DNA of 64,000 nucleotides from a virus: IMG/VR virus record IMGVR_UViG_3300013112_000677, positions 1 to 64,000 of that record; one strand, 5' to 3'. Shown piece by piece: positions 54,188 to 63,832 of this stretch (position 1 is its first letter; each line of letters starts with the position of its first letter). The notes under the pieces were generated by a model. It saw only the letters and a program-made list of their open reading frames with translations, ran no database searches and was not told where the DNA came from. The position numbers and the translations under genes were made by a program.

Positions 54188-56062
54188 ATGGGTGACCAGC
54201 ACGGCTTCGCTCTCCAGAGCATGCTCAGCAGCGTCTTCTCCGAAGCGCAGCAGAGGATGGAGAAGACGGCCGAGGAGGCCCCTCCCGCTTCCGACGAGAA
54301 GAAGGAGAAGGACCTTCCGCCGTTCCTGGAGAAGAAGGACGACGACAAGGAAGAGGCGAAGGAAGCCTCCATCAACTACGAGTACTGCTACAAGCTGGCC
54401 AGCGCGGTCGAGCACGTCGCGACGCACCTCCCGGAGATGACCGACGGTCGCTCCAACGAGGAGAAGGTCGCGGAGGCGCTGCTCATCGCCGAGGCCATGG
54501 GCTTCCAGAAGGTGGCCGTCGAGGGGCAGGAGAAGAAGGACGCGGGCAACGCCCCGGCCTCCCTCACGCCGCCGAAGGATCCGCCGATGGGCCAGGGGCT
54601 CCAGGAGTCCCCGGCGCCCAGCAACGCCCTGCAGAACACGCAGGAGCAGCGCCCGGGCGGTGAGGGCGAGCAGCCCTACAAGCACGACAAGTCCAAGACC
54701 ATGACCCTGCCGACCGACCCCAAGCTGGAGAGCCCCGCGCTCGCAGCCGGGGACTCGACCACGGCCCTGGAGACCGACGAGAACCAGGCGCCCGGCAACA
54801 ACAGCGGTCCGGTCCCGACCGAGGGCTACCCCGAGAAGGGCGTGTTCAAGGAGGCCGGCGTGCCGGCGTCCTTCGCTGACGCCCTCGTCAAGCAGGCCCT
54901 GTCCGACCCGTTCAGCGGGTTCGCCGAGGGCCAGGAGGCCGCCCGGGGAACCGGCCGCGGCTTCCGGGGTGGCATGCGCGTCGCCGGGGGCACGGCCCTT
55001 GGCGGCGCTGCCGGCGGCGCTGCCGGAACCGCAGCTGGCGGTCTCGGCGGTGGTGCCCTCGGTGGCCTCGGCGGTGCCGGCCTGGCGGGTCTGGCGATGC
55101 TGGTCCCGGGGCTGCGTGCCCAGGCGGCGAGGGTCCTCGGCGGTGGCGCCGGTCGGGCCATCGGTGCCGGTGCTGCTGGCGGAGCCGCTCTCGGCGGCCT
55201 CGGCGGCGCGGCCCTCGGCGGCCCCGCAGGGGCGCTGTACGGGAGCCAGCGTGGGCGGGACATGTCCATGCGCAAGATCGAGGAGCACCGCGGCGCCTAC
55301 GGCGAGCCGACCGAGAAGGCCGTCGCGCGCTGGGAGAAGCGAGAGGACAAGGGCAAGCCCCCGGCCATGTCCGACCTCCGCGTCCCGACCCAGGCGCTCA
55401 TCGACCCGGACAACATGCCCAAGACCGGGTCGGCCAAGCCGGGCACCAGCCCCCTGGTCGACTACGTGCTCCAGAAGCTGTCCGAGGAGAACTCGGGCGC
55501 GACCATCTCCGCCGGACCGTCGTCGACCACGACGGTGGACGGCGGCGACTTCCCCGGCACCGAGGCCGGCGAGGGCGTACCCCCCATGAAGACCCGCGGT
55601 CAGGACTCCATGATCGCGGACAGCAACGCCGCCATCGACTTCACCAAGCGTGACGCGAAGGCGGAACCCAAGAAGGACCTCAAGAAGGTCCTGGACGAGC
55701 CCGCTCAGTCGAAGGCGACCGACTCCAAGCTCAAGGAGAACCTCACGGCGACGGACCAGGCAGGAGCCAAGATCGCGACCGCAGCGGCGCGCGAGCTCCT
55801 CCGACGGGTCCTCTCTGGCGAGGAAGGCCACGAGAAGGAGGCCACGCTGAAGATGGCGCTGCGGAAGCTCGCCGGAGAGCCCGAGATCTCGGAGGAGCCG
55901 GAGACCCCGGACACCGAAGAGGACGCTCGGGACGAAGAAGACCAGCAGGAACGCGCCGAGCAGGCCTTCGCCGAACTCCTCGAGGAGGCGGCACAGGCCG
56001 AGGGCGAGGAGGGCACTCCCGCCGCTCCCGCCGCAGCTCCCGACGTCCCGGCGACGGTGTAG
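54188..56062 (+). CDS. Scaffold/internal head protein with an inserted glycine-zipper module
   Basis: 624 aa, acidic and low-complexity, many K-x-A motifs, central GGAA/GGLGG repeats. Confidence 0.75.
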   Translation: MGDQHGFALQSMLSSVFSEAQQRMEKTAEEAPPASDEKKEKDLPPFLEKKDDDKEEAKEASINYEYCYKLASAVEHVATHLPEMTDGRSNEEKVAEALLIAEAMGFQKVAVEGQEKKDAGNAPASLTPPKDPPMGQGLQESPAPSNALQNTQEQRPGGEGEQPYKHDKSKTMTLPTDPKLESPALAAGDSTTALETDENQAPGNNSGPVPTEGYPEKGVFKEAGVPASFADALVKQALSDPFSGFAEGQEAARGTGRGFRGGMRVAGGTALGGAAGGAAGTAAGGLGGGALGGLGGAGLAGLAMLVPGLRAQAARVLGGGAGRAIGAGAAGGAALGGLGGAALGGPAGALYGSQRGRDMSMRKIEEHRGAYGEPTEKAVARWEKREDKGKPPAMSDLRVPTQALIDPDNMPKTGSAKPGTSPLVDYVLQKLSEENSGATISAGPSSTTTVDGGDFPGTEAGEGVPPMKTRGQDSMIADSNAAIDFTKRDAKAEPKKDLKKVLDEPAQSKATDSKLKENLTATDQAGAKIATAAARELLRRVLSGEEGHEKEATLKMALRKLAGEPEISEEPETPDTEEDARDEEDQQERAEQAFAELLEEAAQAEGEEGTPAAPAAAPDVPATV

Positions 56063-56076
56063 AGGAGGTACCGACC

Positions 56077-56445
56077 ATGCTGAAGACGGCAGATGCCTAC
56101 TCCGTGCTCGACCAGGTTCCCGGCACCATGCGGGCCCTGACCAAGCGCGCGTCCTCCCTCGAGGAGGAGAACGCCAAGCTCCGGGCGGAGAACACGCAGT
56201 TCAAGCTGCGTGACCGCGCGGTCAAGGTCGCCCAGGAGATGGAGGCCAAGGGCCTCAACGAGGACCTCACCCTCGAGGAGAAGGTCGCGTCGCTCCTGGA
56301 AGACCCCGACCAGCTCGCCACCCGCGAGGCCGCCGTTTCGATGGCAGCCCAGCAGGTCAAGCTCGGCTCCCCGGCCGAGGGCAAGCCCGACGCCGGCAGC
56401 AACGCCAGCCAGCTCGTGGCGTACCTGATGGACGACGACGAGTGA
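56077..56445 (+). CDS. Coiled-coil scaffold-like protein
   Basis: 122 aa; LKTA, VKVA, EKVA; strong RBS. Confidence 0.75.
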   Translation: MLKTADAYSVLDQVPGTMRALTKRASSLEEENAKLRAENTQFKLRDRAVKVAQEMEAKGLNEDLTLEEKVASLLEDPDQLATREAAVSMAAQQVKLGSPAEGKPDAGSNASQLVAYLMDDDE

Positions 56446-56494
56446 CCAACAACCAGCACATCTGAGGCGCTAGCCTCACGGAGGAAAAGATCAG

Positions 56495-57070
56495 ATGTTC
56501 ACCCTGATCAGCGACTACGAGGAGACCAAGCGACGGGATCTCCCCATCATCGCCGGAACCGGCGACGCGGCGGGCCATGCCCCGCTGAACCCCAACGACG
56601 CGCGCTCCCTCGTCATCGGCGAGTGGCTCGAGCAGGACGACACCAACGGCGTGTGGTCCTTCGTGCGCGGCGGCACCAACAACGTGGCCGGTCTCCCGGC
56701 CGCCCCGCAGCCCTCCGTGGCGATGGCCTTCCCGTTCTTCCTGGAGCGGGGACGCTACGACATGCAGGCCATCTCCGGCGGCGGCAAGGCCACCGTCCTG
56801 TACATGGGGCACTACGAGTTCGAGACGGACCTCACGCTCGACTTCGCGACCGACACCCCGACCCTCGGTGACCCCCTGACGGTCATCGACATCGACTGGC
56901 AGGGCGCCGGCGTCGTACGCCGCGGCCTCTGCTCCATCACCGAAGCCAACTTCGCAGCCGCGGCCGTCGCCGGTGGCTGGGTGCTCGGCGTCGACTACCA
57001 CATCCACGCGCGCGTGACGTTCGTGGACGCAACCAACGAGCGGGTCCGCGCGATCCGCGTCTACAGCTGA
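56495..57070 (+). CDS. Putative capsid decoration (cement) protein
   Basis: 191 aa, beta-rich, immediately upstream of MCP. Confidence 0.6.
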   Translation: MFTLISDYEETKRRDLPIIAGTGDAAGHAPLNPNDARSLVIGEWLEQDDTNGVWSFVRGGTNNVAGLPAAPQPSVAMAFPFFLERGRYDMQAISGGGKATVLYMGHYEFETDLTLDFATDTPTLGDPLTVIDIDWQGAGVVRRGLCSITEANFAAAAVAGGWVLGVDYHIHARVTFVDATNERVRAIRVYS

Positions 57071-57097
57071 TCCCTGAGAAGGGCAGGAGGAAACGCC

Positions 57098-58222
57098 ATG
57101 TCGCGTCCCGCAGACATCCTGAATCGGCTCTTCTCCCAGAAGGTCGAAACCGCGGAAGGCAAGGAGAAGATCGCCGAGTACGGCGGCACCTACATCCGCG
57201 ACCACCTCCGCGAGGTGAGCTTCGCCCGCAAGGTCGTTCCCCCGCAGCAGGTCACCAAGGCCGACTGCCAGCGGAGCGTCTCGCACGACACCCTGGTCAA
57301 GATCGTCGACATCGAGCCGGAGAGCCGGGCGATGGCGATCACCTTCCGGGGTGAGCCCACCGCGCGCTACATCAGCGCCCCGCGCTTCGAGATCCCCTTC
57401 TACACGATCTCCTCGGAGAAGTTCGAGAAGACCGAGCAGGAGCTCCTGGCCTACGAGATGCCCATCACCAAGGTCATCGAGGACAACACGGCCAAGGACA
57501 TCCAGGAGATCGAGGACCGCGAGTTCCTGCTGCACATCGAGGCCTGCATCGAGGCCGTCCAGCAGGAGAACAACGGCGGCATCGCCGTCGCGTTCAACCG
57601 CACCAACGTCAACGCCGGCGCCGTGGTGGGTGCCTCCAAGGTCAAGGGCCTCAACTCCCTGACCCTGGGCGGCGCGGACGACTTCACCGTCCGGCCCATC
57701 CTGCGGCCCGACATCGTCAACCTGCGCAAGCTGCTCAGCCGCAACCGGCTGCGCCCCGAGCGCATGCTGATGACCGAGCCGGACTTCGAGGACGTACTGC
57801 AGTGGACCATCGAGGACTTCGGTGACAAGATCCAGTCCGAGACGGTGGTCGACGGCTACAAGTACAACATGCTCCTCGGCACCAACTTCATCCGCACGAT
57901 CAAGACCGACATCCTGCGGGACGGCAACGTGTACATCTTCACGAAGCCGGAGTTCTTCGGCCGGTTCTACATCCTGAACCAGACGAAGTTCTACATCGAC
58001 AAGAAGGCGAACGTCCTCTTCTGGCAGGCCTGGGAGGACATCGGCATGGGCTTCGGCAACATCGCCTCCGTGCGCAAGCTCGAGCTCTACCGGGGCTCGG
58101 TCATCACGGGCGCGACCGACGCGGGCTTCGCGGCCCGGCAGCCGGTGGCCGAGACCGCGCTGGGCGCGATGCAGAACCGCGCCGCCGACGGCCTGACGTT
58201 CCCGCAGGTCAACCAGTTCTGA
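57098..58222 (+). CDS. Major capsid protein (HK97-like fold inferred)
   Basis: 374 aa, highly biased codons, position after protease/scaffold/decoration genes, IRD.LRE.SFARK.V and C-terminal WEDIGMGFGN..SV.K; followed by a hairpin. Confidence 0.85.
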   Translation: MSRPADILNRLFSQKVETAEGKEKIAEYGGTYIRDHLREVSFARKVVPPQQVTKADCQRSVSHDTLVKIVDIEPESRAMAITFRGEPTARYISAPRFEIPFYTISSEKFEKTEQELLAYEMPITKVIEDNTAKDIQEIEDREFLLHIEACIEAVQQENNGGIAVAFNRTNVNAGAVVGASKVKGLNSLTLGGADDFTVRPILRPDIVNLRKLLSRNRLRPERMLMTEPDFEDVLQWTIEDFGDKIQSETVVDGYKYNMLLGTNFIRTIKTDILRDGNVYIFTKPEFFGRFYILNQTKFYIDKKANVLFWQAWEDIGMGFGNIASVRKLELYRGSVITGATDAGFAARQPVAETALGAMQNRAADGLTFPQVNQF

Positions 58223-58235
58223 TTCCGCCGGGGCT

Positions 58236-58270
58236 CCCGCCCCCGTCTCCTACCCGGTGTCGGGGGCGGG
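58236..58270 (+). terminator. Hairpin after the MCP gene
   Basis: CCCGCCCCCG (58236-58245) pairs with CGGGGGCGGG (58261-58270). Confidence 0.5.
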
Positions 58271-58295
58271 GGTACCCAGCTTGGAAGGGGCCCCG

Positions 58296-58859
58296 ATGTC
58301 CAGCTACCACATCCTCAAGACCCGCACCGCCCCCCCGACCCTCTTCGCCGCAGGCAAGGGCGTGGGCCGCAGGTTCCCCCTCGTCCTGACCTACGCCGAG
58401 TACAAGGCGCACCAGCAGGAGCTGCTCCAGCTCAAGGGTCAGGGCTACATCACCATCGAGGAGGTCAAGGAGGCCGCTCCCCCCGAGCCGCCCCCGGCCC
58501 CCGCCGTCGAGCCCGATCCGGAACCGGCCCCCGAGCCGGAGCCCGAGCCGGTGACCGAGGAGCTCGCCGACGAGATCGACGAGGCCCGGGCCGAGCCCGA
58601 GCCGGAGGCCCTCGACGAGAAGCCCGAGGAGGTCGTCGAGGTTCCCCCCGAGGAGCCGGCGGACGAGCCGGTCGAGGAGGACCCGGAGGTGTACGACACC
58701 ACCCTCCTGGACCAGGCCGTCAAGGGCCTCGTCAAGGACCTGGCCGAGATCACCGACCCCGCCTGGCTCCGTGCGCTCCGTGCGGCGGAGAACCTGGGCA
58801 AGACCCGCAAGAGCGCCATCGCCGCCATCAAGGAGCGGCTCGAGGCCCTGGAGGGCTGA
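58296..58859 (+). CDS. Pro/Glu-rich protein with a C-terminal helical motif
   Basis: 187 aa; PEPEPE linker; ENLGKTRKSAIAAIKERL. Confidence 0.75.
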   Translation: MSSYHILKTRTAPPTLFAAGKGVGRRFPLVLTYAEYKAHQQELLQLKGQGYITIEEVKEAAPPEPPPAPAVEPDPEPAPEPEPEPVTEELADEIDEARAEPEPEALDEKPEEVVEVPPEEPADEPVEEDPEVYDTTLLDQAVKGLVKDLAEITDPAWLRALRAAENLGKTRKSAIAAIKERLEALEG

Positions 58860-58862
58860 CCC

Positions 58863-59354
58863 ATGGGTGACCGCACCAACATCTACAACCTGACGGACGT
58901 GACGCCGCGGCCCACGCCGCTGAAGATCTTCCGGCAGTTCATCGCCCCCGGCGGGAAGATGATCGTCCCGGTGTCCAAGCTGCGGACGCGCTCGGTGCAG
59001 AAGCGCCTGGCGCGGATGCAGGAGAACCGGGCCATCTTCGTCGGGACCGCGCCGCCGGCGTGGTACGTCGCCGCCAAGAAGGCGGCCAAGACCGAGCGCC
59101 GGCAGGCCCAGGCCTACAAGCCCCCGGCCGCGGAGCCGACCCCCGAGCCCGAGCCCGCGACAGTCTGTCGCGACGATGTCATGAAGGTCCTGCGCAAGCG
59201 GACCAAGGGCGACATCGAGGCCCTGGCGGAGCTCCTCGACCGGCCGGACGTCACCACGGACATGACCAAGGCCGAGATGCTCACCTCCCTCGAGGCGGGC
59301 ATGGACGAGGTCATGCCGCTGACGGCCCCGCTGGAGAAGTACCTGGAGGGCTGA
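58863..59354 (+). CDS. Hypothetical protein with a C-terminal Rho-N/HEH-like motif
   Basis: 163 aa; LRKRTKGDIEALAE...MTKAEML. Confidence 0.7.
   Translation: MGDRTNIYNLTDVTPRPTPLKIFRQFIAPGGKMIVPVSKLRTRSVQKRLARMQENRAIFVGTAPPAWYVAAKKAAKTERRQAQAYKPPAAEPTPEPEPATVCRDDVMKVLRKRTKGDIEALAELLDRPDVTTDMTKAEMLTSLEAGMDEVMPLTAPLEKYLEG
59158..59170. repeat. Dispersed palindrome copy 7 (extends to 17 bp, CGCGACAGTCTGTCGCG)
   Basis: Read as GCG ACA GTC TGT CGC, a different frame from the other copies. Confidence 0.9.
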
Positions 59355-59355
59355 C

Positions 59356-59844
59356 GTGGTCGAACCCACACTCACGATGGCTCGTGCGATCCAGCTGGTG
59401 CGGCTGGTGATGCGGGACTACCCCGAGCTCAACCGCCTCATCCGCGGTGAGGAGCACAGCGACCGCCTGGTCGCCTGGGCCATCATGGACGTGCTGGACG
59501 ACTGGAACACGACGCCCCCGCTCATCGGGAATGTGACCATCGGCTCCTTCCCATCGACCCGCCTCCTGGTGAAGGGGGCCATCGCGCAGCTGCTGACCTC
59601 GGTCGGGCTGCTGTCCACACGCAACGCCGTGGCCTTCTCGGATGGTGGCTTCTCGTACAACACGGACAAGACCCGGGCCCTCACGACCTGGATCCAGCTG
59701 TTCCAGAACGAGTACGAGAAGAAGAAGCTGCGCCTCAAGACCGCGCAGAACATCGCCGGCGGCTTCGGCGGGGGCGTCCACAGCGAGTACGACTGGCTCA
59801 ACTCGGGCTGGTATGGGAACTGGGATGAGAATTTCAGCCGATAG
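59356..59844 (+). CDS. Putative head-tail adaptor/neck protein
   Basis: 162 aa, helical, downstream of MCP; positional inference. Confidence 0.55.
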   Translation: MVEPTLTMARAIQLVRLVMRDYPELNRLIRGEEHSDRLVAWAIMDVLDDWNTTPPLIGNVTIGSFPSTRLLVKGAIAQLLTSVGLLSTRNAVAFSDGGFSYNTDKTRALTTWIQLFQNEYEKKKLRLKTAQNIAGGFGGGVHSEYDWLNSGWYGNWDENFSR

Positions 59845-60415
59845 CCTGGTAGGCCGGGCCCTCCTCAAGCTGGCCGAGGACCCCCGGTGGTCCTCCGGCT
59901 CTCTCCCGGTGCGTGCAACGGCCCCCGGTGGGGCAGCGCAGACGAGAGCCCGAGCCACTCAGCAGGCGCAGCAGAAGGCGCAGCTCGCTGCCGGCCAGAA
60001 GAAGGAAGCCCAAGCTCCCGCTGCCGCCGAGGCGGTGCTGAACGCCTGGGCCCGCCTCCCTGCCGCGGCGAAGGGCGCGATCATCGGCGCCCCCATCGGC
60101 GCCGTGACCACCGGCAGCGGCGAGATGCTGCTCAACCGACAGCTCGACGACGGCAGCACGCCTCAGCAGCACATGTACGGGTCGCTGGCCGAGCGTGCCC
60201 GGGCGGTGCGGGACGCCTCGGACAACCCGGGGCTCATGAAGAAGCTGCTGGCCGAGACCGGCGGCCACGCCGAGAACCTGGCCGGCATCACGGCGGAGCA
60301 CCCCGTCAAGTCGGCCCTCATCGCGGCACTACTCGGAGGCGCACTCGGCGCTGGAGTAGGCGCCGGCTCTGGAGCTACACTCAGGATGCTGCCGCGGGCA
60401 GCAGCTGCGAGGTGA
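59825..60415 (+). CDS. Putative internal virion protein with glycine zippers
   Basis: 196 aa, Cys-free; LLKLA, KKEA; LGGALGAGVGAG. Confidence 0.7.
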   Translation: MRISADSLVGRALLKLAEDPRWSSGSLPVRATAPGGAAQTRARATQQAQQKAQLAAGQKKEAQAPAAAEAVLNAWARLPAAAKGAIIGAPIGAVTTGSGEMLLNRQLDDGSTPQQHMYGSLAERARAVRDASDNPGLMKKLLAETGGHAENLAGITAEHPVKSALIAALLGGALGAGVGAGSGATLRMLPRAAAAR

Positions 60416-60418
60416 CCC

Positions 60419-62587
60419 ATGTTGGACCGCTGGCTCGATGAACTGGCTCGTGACGAGGAGGAGCAGACCAAGCTCGCCTCGGTCGAGGACTCGTTCGCCA
60501 ACCTGAGCACCGAGGAGCTGATGAAGCTGTCCGGCCTGGACAAGAAGGCGCTCGCGCCGTCCACGCTGCAGCTCCCGACGCCCCCGCCGCCCACCCAGCC
60601 GGGTGTGCCGCCGGTGCCGGAAGAGCCCCCCGCGATGCCGGGGGAGGAGATGCCTCCCGAGGAGATGATGCCGGAGGAGGAGATGGGTCCCGAGACCGCC
60701 AGCGAGGCGGTGGCCGAGGAAGCCGCCATGCCCCTGGCTGGCGGAGCCCCCGTCACCCCCGGCCAGGTCGGCGCCGCCGTCGGATCCGGCGTGGCCACCG
60801 TCATGGAGATGATGGGTGCCCTCGGAGCCGGTGCCGAGGCGATGGCTGCCGAGGAGGCACCGCCCGAGCCCTCCCCCGAGGAGGCCGCCATGATGGAGCA
60901 GCAGATGGCGGAGGACCAGGCGGCCCAGATGCAGCCGGCCGCCGAGCAGGCCGCTCCGCCCCCGCCTCCCCCCGCTCCCGCCCCGATGCCGGCGTCGAAC
61001 CCGGCCGTCGGTGGCGCAGGCGGCATGAGCATGCCGCCGGGCGCCGGCCCGTCCGGCGCGCAGGTGCCGGGGACGGGTGGCATGGGAGGCATGGGCATGC
61101 CGGGCATGACCCCCAAGATGAGCTCGGTGCGGGACCTCCAGGGCCTGCTGCAGGAGAAGCTCGCGCGCAAGGGGAACCGGACCCCGGCCAGCTACAAGGC
61201 GCGGCAGCACGCCGAGGACAACCCTCCCGCGGCGCGGCTGGTCCCGCGAAAGCCGGAGCAGGCGCCGGCATCCCCCGCGGGTGTCCCCCGCGGCCCAGGC
61301 AAGCTCCCCCCGAAGCGGACATCCCCGGCGGGTGACCGAACGGGGCTGTCCCCCTTCGCGGGCAAGGAGGCGACCTCCTCCGTGGACCCTACCGTAGGCG
61401 CTGACTCGGTCAAGACCGGCTCGGCGCTGCCGCTGGACGTGTACGAGTCGGCCATCGTCAAGACCGCCCAGGCGGAGGCGATGGAGAAGGAGGCGGAGAA
61501 CGTCGTCTACCCCAGCATCGGGATGGCGGAGCTCCGCCAGCTGCTCAAGACCAAGCTGAGCCCCCCGACTGGGGTCGAGAAGCTCGCCTGGGGCTGGCCT
61601 GCCGCGCTCGGGGCGGCCGGCGGCCTCGCCGGTGGCATCGGTGGCACCCTCGGCGCGCAGAAGCTGATGAAGGAACGGCGCGAGGGCAAGATCGAGTCGG
61701 CCCTGCAGCAGCTCCCCGGACCCCTCGGCGAGTTCTACCTGGCCAACCCGGAGCGCCGGGATGAGGTGGCCGACTTCATGAGCAGGATGCCGGCGGCGGA
61801 CAAGAAGCCGATGGGCACCTTCGCCAACGTGCAGTTCGCCCCCATCTCCGACGAGATGATCGACCACCTGGAGCAGCTCCAGAAGGAGAGCTCCGTGCCC
61901 GAGGTCTACGCCTCCGCCCTGGAGAAGCAGGCGGTGGGCCCCGAGGCAGCCGCGGCCCTGGAGCAGTTCGTGGCCAAGGCGCCCCCACGGATGGGGCATG
62001 CCCGCTCGGTCGCTGGCGATCTCCTCAACCCGTTCAAGCACCTGAGCAAGCGCAAGGAGATGCGCGACGTCGCCCAGCACATGCGCGAGATCGGTGAGGC
62101 GCCGATGAGCATCAAGGCGCTGCCCGAGCTGGTCGGGACCCCCAGCAGCTCCGGCCACCTCATGACCGTCGGTGACGACGTGATGACCCGGCCCGAGTTC
62201 CAGCAGCTGCTCGCGCAGCGTGCGCAGCTGGTCGAGGCGGGGCTCCCCTCCGGTGCCAAGATCAACCTGAACCCGCAGCAGCTCGAGACCCTGTTGGCTC
62301 AGCGCCACGGGCAGGCTCAGCGGGCCTTCGGGCAGGCCGAGGAGCTCGAGCGCGCAGCGCTGCGTGAGGGCCTCATCGGTGGTGGCATGCTGACCGCCGG
62401 ACCTCTCGGGGGCGTCGGAGCTGGCGCGACTGGCGCGGCACTGCTGAGCGGCCTGGACGCCAACCCCAGCCGCAAGCACGACCGGGCCATCGCCCGGTCG
62501 GAGAGGCGGGCGGCCCGGGCCGAGCGCAAGGCGGCGCGGTCCCAGGAGAAGGGAGCGAGCGCACAGCTCCGCCCCTTTCGATCTTGA
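60419..62587 (+). CDS. Modular internal virion protein (Pro/Met-rich region, glycine zippers)
   Basis: 722 aa, Cys-free; TKLAS, EKLAR, GKEAT, VKTAQ, EKEAE, EKLAW, EKQAV. Confidence 0.8.
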   Translation: MLDRWLDELARDEEEQTKLASVEDSFANLSTEELMKLSGLDKKALAPSTLQLPTPPPPTQPGVPPVPEEPPAMPGEEMPPEEMMPEEEMGPETASEAVAEEAAMPLAGGAPVTPGQVGAAVGSGVATVMEMMGALGAGAEAMAAEEAPPEPSPEEAAMMEQQMAEDQAAQMQPAAEQAAPPPPPPAPAPMPASNPAVGGAGGMSMPPGAGPSGAQVPGTGGMGGMGMPGMTPKMSSVRDLQGLLQEKLARKGNRTPASYKARQHAEDNPPAARLVPRKPEQAPASPAGVPRGPGKLPPKRTSPAGDRTGLSPFAGKEATSSVDPTVGADSVKTGSALPLDVYESAIVKTAQAEAMEKEAENVVYPSIGMAELRQLLKTKLSPPTGVEKLAWGWPAALGAAGGLAGGIGGTLGAQKLMKERREGKIESALQQLPGPLGEFYLANPERRDEVADFMSRMPAADKKPMGTFANVQFAPISDEMIDHLEQLQKESSVPEVYASALEKQAVGPEAAAALEQFVAKAPPRMGHARSVAGDLLNPFKHLSKRKEMRDVAQHMREIGEAPMSIKALPELVGTPSSSGHLMTVGDDVMTRPEFQQLLAQRAQLVEAGLPSGAKINLNPQQLETLLAQRHGQAQRAFGQAEELERAALREGLIGGGMLTAGPLGGVGAGATGAALLSGLDANPSRKHDRAIARSERRAARAERKAARSQEKGASAQLRPFRS

Positions 62588-62600
62588 GAAGGAGGCGTGG

Positions 62601-62924
62601 TTGGGCGGACTCAAGGGCCTCTTCACCCGTGGCGCAGGAGAGGTGGCAGAGGCCGCTGCCACGAAGACGCACCCCAAGGCGGTGACGGACATGACGGCGG
62701 CGATCAGGGCACGACAGGCTGCGGGCATCCCCGCTGGAGTGAGCAGGACTGCTGCGCCACAGCCGACGAGGAGCCTCGATGACTACTTGAGGTGGCAGCA
62801 GGCCCAGCCGGTAGCCACCCAAGTGAGGGCGAGCACACCTGGTCGCCTCCGTGGCGGTGAGTGGATTGAGGGTGGTACTTCCGTGCAGACGGTGATGCGG
62901 CCCCCGGCCCGCCCGCGGTTCTAG
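62601..62924 (+). CDS. Hypothetical protein, or +1 frameshift extension of 60419..62587
   Basis: 107 aa from TTG; the frame is open upstream through FDLEKEAW. Confidence 0.55.
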   Translation: MGGLKGLFTRGAGEVAEAAATKTHPKAVTDMTAAIRARQAAGIPAGVSRTAAPQPTRSLDDYLRWQQAQPVATQVRASTPGRLRGGEWIEGGTSVQTVMRPPARPRF

Positions 62925-62932
62925 GAGGTAGG

Positions 62933-63832
62933 TTGATCGAGGTCACCAACATCAGAGTCCGGTCGTTCGACCTGGATCGACTCGACCTCTGGTGGGAGAT
63001 CTCGACCACCTCGGAGGACCCGCAGGACTACGACCTGTACGTGCTGCGGTCCACCTCCCCGCTGGGCCCCTACGAGCCGCTGCATGATCGGCCGCTGAGC
63101 GACGTCTACCACTTCCGCGACGCGCGCATGGGGCTGATGCACAACTGGCGTCAGCTCTACTACCGCATCCGGATGGTCAACCGGGCCACCGGGGAGACCA
63201 GGGACTTCCCCGAGGACCGGGGCGCCTCCGTGGATCCCCCGCTGGCCCTGGACGCCCTCGAGGCCGCTCGGTACGAGGAGATCCTCTTCAAGGAGAAGAT
63301 CGGCCGCCCGTGCTGGCTGTTCAAGAAGCGCACCTTCGGTCCGCGCTGCCCCCACTGCTTCGACGAGCGCCTGCAGCGGGCGAAGACCAAGCGCTGCCCG
63401 GCGTGCTACGGGGCCAGCTACCTGCACGGGTTCATGTCCCCCATCCAGTTCTACTGCCAGATCGACCCGACGACGCAGAGCAACCAGCAGTCGACCAAGA
63501 GCGAGCAGCGGGAAGAGCGCACGATGGCGCGGTGCATCTTCTTCCCGCCCGTCACGCCCGAGGACGTCATCGTCGAGCTGGAGAACGTGCGCTGGCGGGT
63601 AGCCAAGGTGACACCCACCAAGCGCCTGGGGTCGGTCATCCACCAGGAGCTCACCCTGCGCCGTATCCCGGAGGGCAGCATCGAGTACACGCTGCCCCTC
63701 GACGTGGACCTGGAGAACTTCGTGGGCGGGCCCGACCGGGAGTTCACCAACCCGCAGAACCTCGAGAACGCGGACCGGCCACACATGGACATCCGCGACC
63801 TGGCCGCCGCATACAGGTGGGTGACACGATGA
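62933..63832 (+). CDS. Putative neck/head-completion protein (FN3-like N-terminus, Zn ribbon)
   Basis: 299 aa; CPHC...CPACYG; GGAGG RBS, TTG start. Confidence 0.6.
   Translation: MIEVTNIRVRSFDLDRLDLWWEISTTSEDPQDYDLYVLRSTSPLGPYEPLHDRPLSDVYHFRDARMGLMHNWRQLYYRIRMVNRATGETRDFPEDRGASVDPPLALDALEAARYEEILFKEKIGRPCWLFKKRTFGPRCPHCFDERLQRAKTKRCPACYGASYLHGFMSPIQFYCQIDPTTQSNQQSTKSEQREERTMARCIFFPPVTPEDVIVELENVRWRVAKVTPTKRLGSVIHQELTLRRIPEGSIEYTLPLDVDLENFVGGPDREFTNPQNLENADRPHMDIRDLAAAYRWVTR

Noticed and set aside
58480-58690. GAGCCC/GAGCCG short tandem repeats (and GGCGGC runs near 55000-55230)
   Set aside because: Explained by low-complexity Pro-Glu and Gly-Ala peptide coding; no unique spacers or exact DNA periodicity.
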